NCBI GenBank assembly: GCA_017303935.1
Contig: JAFLBD010000002.1
Span: 786,784-850,783, forward strand
Source: Armatimonadota bacterium
Lineage (GTDB): Bacteria; Armatimonadota; Fimbriimonadia; Fimbriimonadales; Fimbriimonadaceae
Length of the DNA stretch: 64,000 bases
Direction: 5' to 3'
A program made the position numbers and the translations under genes. Of this stretch, positions 46,160 to 55,467 are shown one piece after another. Below the pieces are notes generated by a model. It was given only the letters and a program-made list of their open reading frames with translations, was not told the origin of the DNA and did not search any database. Each line of letters begins with the position of its first letter. Positions within the stretch are counted from its first letter, which is position 1.

Positions 46160-49100
46160 TATTCATCTCCATTTTGCCCATGGCGCGAAACCAACCCCAA
46201 GAACCGCTCAAAGAACGCAATGAGCTTCGCCAAAACCCGCTGCTTCTTCTGCCCGTGCCCACCGTCCGAGGAGAACCGGCTGGTCGGCGGCATGACCTTC
46301 GTGATAGCAGTTCCCGTGGAACGAATCACGCCGTCGCGGAAGGCTGATTCCACAAAAGCACGGGTTTCCTCGGGCTTTAAGCTCTCTTCTTCAATGATCT
46401 GACCAAGCTCCTCTTCGCGCTTTCGGTCAACAAATGCTCGCCACTCTGCATCGAGCTCACCTGATGCAGAGACCGAGTCTACGAAGTTCTCGATGAGGTC
46501 TTTCTTGTTCCTGAGGGTTGGCGAGGAATCGACTGCTCTCGTGATCTGGGCACGAATCTCCACATCATCGCCGTTGCCCTTCGCTTCGCGGAACTTCGCG
46601 ACAAGCATCAAAATGAAGTCAACGTTGATCTCGACCTGTTTGATCAGCTCGATCTCAAAGACGATGTCGTCGAGAATTTGCTCCTTGTCCGAGTCCTTGC
46701 CGGAGCGGAAGTCAGCGTAGATATCGAGGTAGATGCTTCGGTAGTCCTGACCTTCTCGGTCTGAGAGGACTGCGTTGCCTTCGAACTCGTCGAACGAAGT
46801 GAGAATGTTCTGGAGCCGGAGAATCGAGCCAAAGAGAGTTACGAACTCCTTTTGAGCCTGTTCACCCACAATCCGTTCATCGAGCGGGAATTTAGCGAGA
46901 AGCTCCTGCACTTTGGCTTCGTAGTCAGCAAAGTAGTCTCCATACGGCTTGAGAATGGCGATGCCCCGAGCTTCCTTGTTGCCAAAGAGCGAGAGCGCAT
47001 CGTTCGTCTCCGCCTCAAGGTCACGGAAGCTAATGATGTTCCCGTACGCTTTCACCGAATTGAGAATACGGTTCGTACGGGAGTAGGCCTGGAGCAGACC
47101 ATGGGCGCGAAGTTGCTTATCCACAAAGAGCGTGTTCAATGTGGTCGCATCGAAGCCGGTGAGGAACATGTTGACCACGATCACAAGGTCAATCTTTCGC
47201 TCCTTGAGATTTAGGGAAAGGTCTTTGTAGTAGTTCTGAAACTTGTCCGCTGATGTATCGAAGGACGTGCCGAACATCCCGTTGTAGTCTTTGATTGCCT
47301 CGTCAAGAAAGTCACGGGCCGCACCAGAGAGGTGGTTGGTCTCAAACTCCTCTTCCTCAAGTGCTCCGTCTTCAACGGCTTCATTCGCGGCGTACGAAAA
47401 GTTAATTCCTACCTTCAGCTGCTTATCAGGAACTAGCCCGGCTTGCTGACGTTTGAACTCTCCGTAGTAGGTCCGGGCTGCGTCGATTGATGCGGTGGCA
47501 AAGAGCGCGTTGAAGCCTCGCAAACGACGCTCTCCAAGGGAGTACGTGCTAGTTCGCTTCGTCTTCTGATCGAAGTGTTCCAGGATGTAGCTGGTCACCA
47601 AGCCGATTCGTTCTGAAGCAAGGAGTGCCCGTTCGGTGTCAATGGCTGAGACCTTCTTATCCAAAACGTCTCCCATCTTCACCGTGTTCACGTAGTCGAT
47701 CCGGAACGGAAGGACGTTCTTGTCAGTAATCGCATCGACGATGGTGTAGGTATGGAGCTTTTCCCCAAAAGCCTGTTCGGTCGTCTTGAGGTTCGGGTTT
47801 CCGCCACTCGACATGTTCTCGGTGAAGATCGGGGTTCCGGTGAAGCCAAAGAGGTTGTACCGCTTGAAGGCGCGGGTGATCGCCGTGTGCATATCACCGA
47901 ATTGAGAGCGGTGACACTCATCAAAGATCACCACGATGTGACCGCCAAAGACTTCATGTCCCTTATTGGCGTTAATGAAGTTGGCGAGCTTCTGGATCGT
48001 CGTGATGATGATCCGCGCATTCTTGTCCTCAAGCTGTCGCTTCAGAACTGCCGTGGAGGTGTTGGAGTTGGCTGCACCTTTTTCGAAGCGGTCGTACTCG
48101 CGCATCGTCTGGTAGTCGAGGTCTTTGCGGTCCACCACAAAGAGCACTTTGTCCACGCTCGGCATCTTGCTCGCAAGTTGAGCGGTCTTAAACGAAGTAA
48201 GCGTCTTGCCTGATCCAGTGGTGTGCCAAACGTAACCTCCTGCTCGCACCGAGCCTAGCCATTTCATGTTCGACGCCACCTCTATTCGCTGGAGGATTCG
48301 TTCGGTTGCGGCGATTTGGTACGGACGCATCACGAGGAGCATCCGATCTGCTGTGAGGACGCAGTATCGAGTGAGGATATTCAGCAGGGTGTGCTTCGCA
48401 AAAAACGTCTTGGCGAAAGCACTCAGTTCCTGAATCGGCTTGTTCTGCGAGTCGGCCCACCACGATGTGAACTCAAACGAGTTGGAGGTCTTCTTGATCT
48501 TCTTCGTTCCGGCAGCATCGGCAATGTGCTGGCGGCGGGTGGTGTTGCTGTAATACTTGGTCAGCGTTCCGTTGCTGATCACGAAAAGCTGGACGTACTC
48601 AAACAGGCCCGAACCAGCCCAGAAAGAGTCTCGCTGGTAGCGGTCGATCTGGTTGAAGGCTTCGCGGATGTCCACCCCGCGTCGCTTCAGTTCGATGTGA
48701 ACCATCGGCAAGCCATTGACCAAAACTGTCACGTCGAACCGAGTGGCGCGTGTCCCGGCGGTCTCATACTGGTTGATAACCTGCAACCGGTTGTTGTGGA
48801 TATTCTGTTTGTCGATCAGCTTGATGTTCTTGGTCGTGCCATCGTCGCGATGGAGAAGCTGAACCGAGTCCTCCTGGATGCGAATTGTCTTTTCAGCAAT
48901 GCCGTCGTTCTGCCCGGCGATGTTACTTTCAAAGAATCGCTTCCATTCGGCGAGGCTAAACTTCACATCATTCAGAGCCTCTAGCTGAGCCTGTAGGTTT
49001 GCGACGAGCTGCTCTTCTGAGGTGAACTTGAGGTAATCGTAGGCTTGCCCCTCTAAAATCCTGATGAGTTCCTTTTCCAGAGCGTCTTCACTCTGGTAGC

Positions 49101-49203
49101 TCGTCTCACGAACTTTCGATTCTGGGATGTACTGCGCAACGACCGTGCTCTCGTTGGAAACAGCAATCGGATCGTAGTTGTAAGGCGCTCGATCCTCGCT
49201 CAT
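46159..49203 (-). CDS. hsdR: type I restriction enzyme R subunit
   Basis: 1014 aa with an HSDR_N-like N-terminus (VLVNGLPMVHIELKRRG), TTGSGKT, FDECHRS and helicase C motifs. Confidence 0.9.
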   Translation of the reverse strand: MSEDRAPYNYDPIAVSNESTVVAQYIPESKVRETSYQSEDALEKELIRILEGQAYDYLKFTSEEQLVANLQAQLEALNDVKFSLAEWKRFFESNIAGQNDGIAEKTIRIQEDSVQLLHRDDGTTKNIKLIDKQNIHNNRLQVINQYETAGTRATRFDVTVLVNGLPMVHIELKRRGVDIREAFNQIDRYQRDSFWAGSGLFEYVQLFVISNGTLTKYYSNTTRRQHIADAAGTKKIKKTSNSFEFTSWWADSQNKPIQELSAFAKTFFAKHTLLNILTRYCVLTADRMLLVMRPYQIAATERILQRIEVASNMKWLGSVRAGGYVWHTTGSGKTLTSFKTAQLASKMPSVDKVLFVVDRKDLDYQTMREYDRFEKGAANSNTSTAVLKRQLEDKNARIIITTIQKLANFINANKGHEVFGGHIVVIFDECHRSQFGDMHTAITRAFKRYNLFGFTGTPIFTENMSSGGNPNLKTTEQAFGEKLHTYTIVDAITDKNVLPFRIDYVNTVKMGDVLDKKVSAIDTERALLASERIGLVTSYILEHFDQKTKRTSTYSLGERRLRGFNALFATASIDAARTYYGEFKRQQAGLVPDKQLKVGINFSYAANEAVEDGALEEEEFETNHLSGAARDFLDEAIKDYNGMFGTSFDTSADKFQNYYKDLSLNLKERKIDLVIVVNMFLTGFDATTLNTLFVDKQLRAHGLLQAYSRTNRILNSVKAYGNIISFRDLEAETNDALSLFGNKEARGIAILKPYGDYFADYEAKVQELLAKFPLDERIVGEQAQKEFVTLFGSILRLQNILTSFDEFEGNAVLSDREGQDYRSIYLDIYADFRSGKDSDKEQILDDIVFEIELIKQVEINVDFILMLVAKFREAKGNGDDVEIRAQITRAVDSSPTLRNKKDLIENFVDSVSASGELDAEWRAFVDRKREEELGQIIEEESLKPEETRAFVESAFRDGVIRSTGTAITKVMPPTSRFSSDGGHGQKKQRVLAKLIAFFERFLGLVSRHGQNGDE

Positions 49204-49710
49204 GCGGTCGCCTCCTGGAAAGTTAGGAGCTTGTCACGGTAATACTCGTACTGCTGGCGGCGGGCGTTGAGTTCGGCAGGAAGACCTGAGCTGAGATCGT
49301 TCACGAGGGCATCGAACTTATCTAGTAAATCAGCAATCCGCTTCTGCTCTTCAATCGGCGGGACGGGCACGAGTACTTCAGCCAAGTTGCCGACTGCCAA
49401 ACCAGGCTGAGCGCCAGATGATTTAAACTTGTTTAAGTTCATGGACGTAAGCATGTAGTACGCAAAATCGACATCCATGGCGTCAGAAGGCTCCGTAACT
49501 ACAGCATGTTCAGTCGCGTAAAACTCACCCGACGCTCTCTTTACATTTCCGCAGAGTGCGCCTTGCCGTCCGATCAGCAGGTACTTCCCGGTGTGACTTG
49601 CCGATCTTCCATAACCGCGTAGTCCATTCCCCCCATAGACTGGAAATCGCGATTCACTAGACTTCGCAGAAGCGATGGCTGTCGCGGAAAGATGTTGTCC
49701 AGCTTTCATG

Positions 49711-49727
<17 letters not shown>
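49200..49727 (-). CDS. hsdS: type I R-M specificity subunit, C-terminal half (TRD2 + distal conserved region)
   Basis: 175 aa ending VPVPPIEEQKRIADLLDKFDALV...RRQQYEYYRDKLLTF. It lies in the +1 frame relative to the upstream half. Confidence 0.8.
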
Positions 49728-50528
<801 letters not shown>

Positions 50529-50532
<4 letters not shown>

Positions 50533-51587
50533 TCCGAGTCCTCCATTTCACTTTTCTTACCAGCTTCCAGAAAGCGGTCAAAGTCACTCTGGAAAATCCG
50601 ATCCTGGACAATCCTGTACTTCTCGAACTCCGTTTCCGCGTGGAGCTTGGCTTGCTCGTGGCTAATCCGCCCTGGCCCGGTGAGTACCTCGCGCTCGTTG
50701 AATTCCAGGAACCCATCGAGCCGCTTGGCCCAATCCTCCATCGACATGGGAATCTTTCGCTTAGCTTGGTCCTCGGCGTAGTCGAGGTACATGGAGACGA
50801 TCCGCTCCATGTGTTCCATCTCCTCATCGTTTAGGTAGTTCTTGGCAATCGAGACGTCAGACTTGACGATTTTTCCCACGGGAGCGGACTCCCACGTCGT
50901 GAGACCCATGTGCTCTTTCTCGGCGTCTGCCCGTTCGATGATGAGTTCGGCGGCAGTGTGGCGGTGAACTGCCCAGTGCATCTTGTTTTGCACCAGAGCG
51001 AAAAAGAGTTTGGTTGTTTGGGCCGCCTGGTCGTAGTCAAAGGCAGAAGCGTAGAGGTCGGTGACTTTTTGGTAGAACTTCCGCTCCGACAGACGGATTT
51101 CTCGGATAAGCTGGAGTTGTCGGTCGAAGTATTCGTCCGTGAACATGTGCCCCTTCTTGAGGCGATCCACGTCCATGACCCATCCCTGGATGGTGTAGAG
51201 CTTCACAATCTGACCAGCCCACTTTCGGAACTGCACCGCGCGTTCGTTCTCGATCTTGAACCCGACTGCGATGATCGCTTGCAGACTGTAGAGCTTGGTG
51301 TTGTAGGCCTTGCCGTCGGCGGCAGTTATCAAATGCTGTTTGATAACTGAAGATTCTTCGAGCTCGTGATCAGCGATAATCCGAAGCAAGTGGTGGTTTA
51401 CGGTTTGCACCGTGACGCCGTAGAGGGTCGCCATCATCTTTTGAGTCAACCAGAGGTTCTCTTCTAGATAGAGCAGCTCGGTAGATTCAGATTCGCCGCC
51501 AACCGATGCGATGAATGTCAGGTATTCCGCCGCCGAAGCGCGCATTTTATCCATGTCCTGCTTCGGCTTTTCGGGCTTGTCGCTCAT
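50529..51587 (-). CDS. RhuM-family (Fic/DOC-related) protein embedded in the R-M operon
   Basis: 352 aa with LWLTQKMMATLYGVTVQTVNHHL and a conserved C-terminal helical region. ATGA overlaps at both ends. Confidence 0.7.
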
Positions 51588-53155
51588 GCTGGACTCCCTT
51601 CGAGGTCGGCTACGATGGCGTCAATTTGGGTGCGTAGCTCAGATTGGCGAGCCACGATACCTGCGATTCTCGCGTTGAGGGCCGTGATGTCGATGGCTTC
51701 GCTCGTATCTTCCTTCTCCACGTAGCTGGAGACCGAAATGTTGTAGTTGTTCTCCTCGATGTCTGCCGCTGTGACCAACCTCGTGAAGTGCTCCTCAGTC
51801 TGACGGGCGTTGAACGCATCGAGAATTCTCTGCTGATGCTCAGGAAGGAGCCTGTTCTTGTTTCCCACACGCTGAAAGAGTGCGGAGGCGTCGATGAAGA
51901 GAATTGCGTTATCCTTCTTCGACTTTTTGAGGACGATGACGCACGTGGCAATTGGTGTCCCGAAGAACAGGTCGGGCGGAAGCTGAATGACAGTGTCGAT
52001 GTAGTTGTTGTCGATCAGGTACTTGCGAATCTTCTGCTCGGCCCCGCTCCGATACAGGACACCGGGGAACTCAACGATTGCGGCGGTCCCGTTGACGGCA
52101 AGCCAATGGAGCATGTGCATTGTGAACGCAAGGTCGGCGGCTTTCTTTGGAGCGAGCACACCGGCTGGTGCGAACCGTGGATCGTTGATCAGGAGCGGAT
52201 TAGCGTCTCCGTCCCATTTGATTGAGTAGGGTGGGTTGGAAACAATCGCTTCAAACGGTTCATCATCCCAGTGGAGCGGATCAGTCAGGGTGTCGCCGTG
52301 TGCGATGTGGAACTTCTCGTAGTTCACGTCATGCAGGAACATGTTGATCCGAGCCAGGTTGTACGTCGTCAGGTTGATTTCCTGCCCATAGAAGCCTTGG
52401 CGAACGTTTTCCTTGCCGAGCACTTTGGCGAACTGGAGCAAAAGTGACCCGGAACCTACAGCGGGGTCATACACCTTATTGACCTGAGTCTTGCCAGCCA
52501 CGGCGATCTTCGCCAAAACCTCGGAGACTTCCTGCGGGGTGAAGAATTCACCTCCCGACTTTCCGGCTTGAGAGGCGTACATGGTCATCAAGAATTCGTA
52601 CGCATCACCGAAGAGGTCAATCGAGTTGTCTTCGTAGTTGCCGAGCGGTAGGTCTCCGATGGCATCTAAGAGTTTTACGAGCTTCTCGTTGCGCTTTGCC
52701 ACCGTTGGCCCGAGCTTTGCACTGTTTATATCAAGGTCATCGAACAGACCCTTCAGGTCATCTTCGCTCTCCGTCCCTACAGCCGAGCCTTCGATGTTGT
52801 TGAAGACTCTTTCAAGGGTCTCATTGAGGTTTTCGTCACTCTTGGCTCGTTTGCGGACGTTTACGAATAGCTCAGACGGCAGAATGTAGAACCCTTTCTC
52901 AGCAACCGTTTCGGTGCGCCCAAGCTCCGCATCCTTGTCGGACAGTTCGGCGTAGTTGAAATCTACTTCGCCAGCCTCCTTTTCGAGCTTATTGATGTAA
53001 GAAGACAGGTTCTCGGAGATGAACCGATAAAAAAGCATCCCGAGTACGTAAGACTTGAAATCCCAACCATCCACCGAGCCACGAAGATCATTGGCGATTC
53101 GCCAGATGGTCTTGTGAATCTCCGCCCTCTGAGTCTCGCTTGTGGTTGGCGGCAT
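51584..53155 (-). CDS. hsdM: type I R-M N6-adenine DNA methyltransferase
   Basis: 523 aa with an HsdM N-terminal domain, VYDPAVGSGSLL (motif I) and IVSNPPYS (motif IV). Confidence 0.9.
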   Translation of the reverse strand: MPPTTSETQRAEIHKTIWRIANDLRGSVDGWDFKSYVLGMLFYRFISENLSSYINKLEKEAGEVDFNYAELSDKDAELGRTETVAEKGFYILPSELFVNVRKRAKSDENLNETLERVFNNIEGSAVGTESEDDLKGLFDDLDINSAKLGPTVAKRNEKLVKLLDAIGDLPLGNYEDNSIDLFGDAYEFLMTMYASQAGKSGGEFFTPQEVSEVLAKIAVAGKTQVNKVYDPAVGSGSLLLQFAKVLGKENVRQGFYGQEINLTTYNLARINMFLHDVNYEKFHIAHGDTLTDPLHWDDEPFEAIVSNPPYSIKWDGDANPLLINDPRFAPAGVLAPKKAADLAFTMHMLHWLAVNGTAAIVEFPGVLYRSGAEQKIRKYLIDNNYIDTVIQLPPDLFFGTPIATCVIVLKKSKKDNAILFIDASALFQRVGNKNRLLPEHQQRILDAFNARQTEEHFTRLVTAADIEENNYNISVSSYVEKEDTSEAIDITALNARIAGIVARQSELRTQIDAIVADLEGSPA

Positions 53156-53345
53156 CAGACCCTAGCCGCTCCTGGAGGAGAGCCGTTTAGCCGGTGACTG
53201 CCTTCAAATGAAATCATAATTCTAGCTTCATTTTGACCCATTTGCCGGGTGCTCACATGGTAGCGAGATGCAAATGGGTTAGAAAGGCCTTCGCACGTTT
53301 GAAGTTACTTTTGGTTTGAGCTGAGAATGAACCAAGAATGGGCGC

Positions 53346-53525
53346 ATGCCCCGTTGCTACCTGTGCTCCAAACTGATCCCGGTCGAGGAACGTCCATTGC
53401 GGCGGCGGGTTCGTGTTGGCGAGATCGAGAAGAAGAAGTACGGCGCGGAGCGAGCCAGGTTCGTGCAGAGCCAGTACGGGATGAGGGTCGTCTGCAAGTC
53501 GTGTGCGGCGTTCCAAGATCGCTAG
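53346..53525 (+). CDS. 59-aa basic zinc-ribbon protein (two CxxC pairs)
   Basis: Below the track cut-off. My translation is MPRCYLCSKLIPVEERPLRRRVRVGEIEKKKYGAERARFVQSQYGMRVVCKSCAAFQDR. A hairpin terminator follows it. Confidence 0.45.
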   Translation: MPRCYLCSKLIPVEERPLRRRVRVGEIEKKKYGAERARFVQSQYGMRVVCKSCAAFQDR

Positions 53526-53618
53526 GCGCGGCAGAGGGAGCTTCATGAGCTTCACATGTTTCTGACGGCGGTCGTGGTGATCGGATTGGTCTCTCTGACT
53601 CTGTGGATACGCTGAAAA

Positions 53619-53644
53619 GACCCCGCTGGTGGTGCGGGGTTTTG
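53619..53644 (+). terminator. intrinsic terminator-like hairpin (possibly bidirectional)
   Basis: ACCCCGC-TGGTGGT-GCGGGGT followed by TTT and preceded by AAAAG. Confidence 0.6.
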
Positions 53645-53648
53645 GTGG

Positions 53649-55064
53649 GTGTCAGTTGGAGTCGTACTTGACTCCTCGGATATAGTCGGCGGCCTTTTGT
53701 GCCTGGGCGGCGGCAATCACGACGGCCTTGGGACCAACTACGCATACTGGCGACTCCTGGAGTTTCTCCTCTTCGGTACATGGGTCGATGAAATCACCGG
53801 CAAACTGGTGCTGAGCGCCAAGCAAGCCGCATATCTCACCGGAAACGAACGCAAGTGGCTCAGCCACCGTTTCGCTTTGCAACCTCTGCTCGACGACTTC
53901 TCCCGAGAAGTCTTTCCCTTGGACACGGAGGGAATTGTCTTTAACCATTACTTCTTAGCTAACCGGGCTGGCCAGGTTGTAACCGACATTCCAGATTGGT
54001 TGTTGAGCGCGGCCAGCGCCGAACGACGGAGCACAGGTGGAAAGCGCGTCGAGTTCTCGACGGGTAGGGACTGGACGCCGAGAGAGTCTGCAAAAGTGTT
54101 GAAGTCGTTGAGAGAAGAAGCGACTATTGCGGCCGTCACGGCCGGTTGTGCCGAGACCCAGCGCCTCCTTTCCTACTTGAACAGCCTCGCTCCGAACACC
54201 TTTGTGAAGATTCGAAAACGCGTTCCCCAAGCACATGTGGTAGCCGATGCGGTCGAAGCAGACGTCGAGCGGCAACATAACCTCCTTCAGGCCATCGAGC
54301 AAATGTGTCAACCCTTCTACAAGCCGGTTGAGAACTCGCCCCGTGCGTACACGCTCAACGAATCGTTCCCACGCCTAAAGCGGGAAGTTCGATGTGTCCT
54401 CACAGAGGGCTGGTTGAAGGCCGACTTAGCTTCTGCACAGCTTGCCATTGCAGCGCACATCTGGAAAGTACCCGTCGTCGTGGAATTCCTGGCGTCAGAG
54501 CAATCCATCTGGTTGGAACTACAGGCTTGGATGAAGACGACAGGTGACCCCGAATCGAAATCTAACCTGAAGGAAATGATGTATAGCCTGCTGTTCGGGA
54601 TGTCGCGTAAGAACCTGAGCGCGAAAGCGAGAGGCATGTTTCCAGGGTACAAGCACCCTTGGCTACGCCTGAGGCGACATAATATTGTCGCAGCGATGTT
54701 GAAAGCGCGAGAGGACCAGTTTGAAGTGTTGCGGCGCACCGGCAAGACTGAGGATGCCTTTGGACGCACGCTGATTCTTCAGCCAAAGGGTCGGTCACAC
54801 GGTAGCCACCAGCCAGATACTGCAAACCGTATCCTGGCCCAAGTTGCACAAAGTTGGGAACTCCGATTGATGTTGCCAATCCTAGACTTGGCCGAGGCTC
54901 ATCGAGGTACGAACGGATTCACAGTCACCATGTGGCTTCACGATGGCGTATGTATCAACGTTCACGATGCTAGGCGCATCGAAGGTTGGAAGGAGAGAAT
55001 ATCCTCGGCAGTTGCAAAGCAAGCTGGTGAACTCGGAATTCCGACCAGATTAGTCTGGGAGTAG
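53649..55064 (+). CDS. stand-alone family A DNA polymerase-like domain protein (no exonuclease domains)
   Basis: 471 aa from GTG 53649 (start uncertain). Motif A-like ADLASAQLAIAAH (D259). Motif B-like LKEMMYSLLFGMS (K308). RILAQVAQS. Motif C-like WLHDG (D432). Confidence 0.65.
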   Translation: MSVGVVLDSSDIVGGLLCLGGGNHDGLGTNYAYWRLLEFLLFGTWVDEITGKLVLSAKQAAYLTGNERKWLSHRFALQPLLDDFSREVFPLDTEGIVFNHYFLANRAGQVVTDIPDWLLSAASAERRSTGGKRVEFSTGRDWTPRESAKVLKSLREEATIAAVTAGCAETQRLLSYLNSLAPNTFVKIRKRVPQAHVVADAVEADVERQHNLLQAIEQMCQPFYKPVENSPRAYTLNESFPRLKREVRCVLTEGWLKADLASAQLAIAAHIWKVPVVVEFLASEQSIWLELQAWMKTTGDPESKSNLKEMMYSLLFGMSRKNLSAKARGMFPGYKHPWLRLRRHNIVAAMLKAREDQFEVLRRTGKTEDAFGRTLILQPKGRSHGSHQPDTANRILAQVAQSWELRLMLPILDLAEAHRGTNGFTVTMWLHDGVCINVHDARRIEGWKERISSAVAKQAGELGIPTRLVWE

Positions 55065-55467
55065 TTTCCTTATGAGATGCAATGCTGGTTCTGGTTCTAC
55101 TTGAATCAGCATTGCTAATCTCTGATTTCCATTTGTTAGATTCAGTGATTTCATTTATCCATTCCCTCTGTTTGCTATGCTTCCAACCATTCTCTTTCCT
55201 TAATCTTCTAGCAGTTCCTTCAGATTCTCCAATAGCCCGTGACGGGCTTGCCCCTACCTACTTCTCTGGTTTCTTCCTCTTAACTCTCCTAATTGGGATT
55301 ACCCATAACTATTCATCCCTAAGCGCCGCACTTTGAACCTGAGAGCCTGCAGAAATTTCGCACCAGCGCACTAAGGCAGGTCGACCACAAACGCGGTTTT
55401 GCGAGCCAAATGCTTTGCATGAAGTGCTTCATCAACAACACACCTCGGTCCATAATCACTCAAGGCC

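Noticed and set aside
53253-53781. Minus-strand ORFs of 100 aa and 158 aa between hsdM and the polymerase-like gene
   Set aside because: They are Leu/Pro/Ala/Arg-rich and low in complexity. They overlap each other and the better-looking CxxC...CxxC ORF on the plus strand. The terminator orientation fits the plus-strand ORF. I cannot fully exclude them without expression data.
55082-55336. 84-aa hydrophobic ORF in the AT-rich spacer as a small membrane effector
   Set aside because: It has no Shine-Dalgarno-like sequence. Its hydrophobicity follows trivially from the T/C-rich strand composition. I keep it only as an alternative explanation in the spacer finding.
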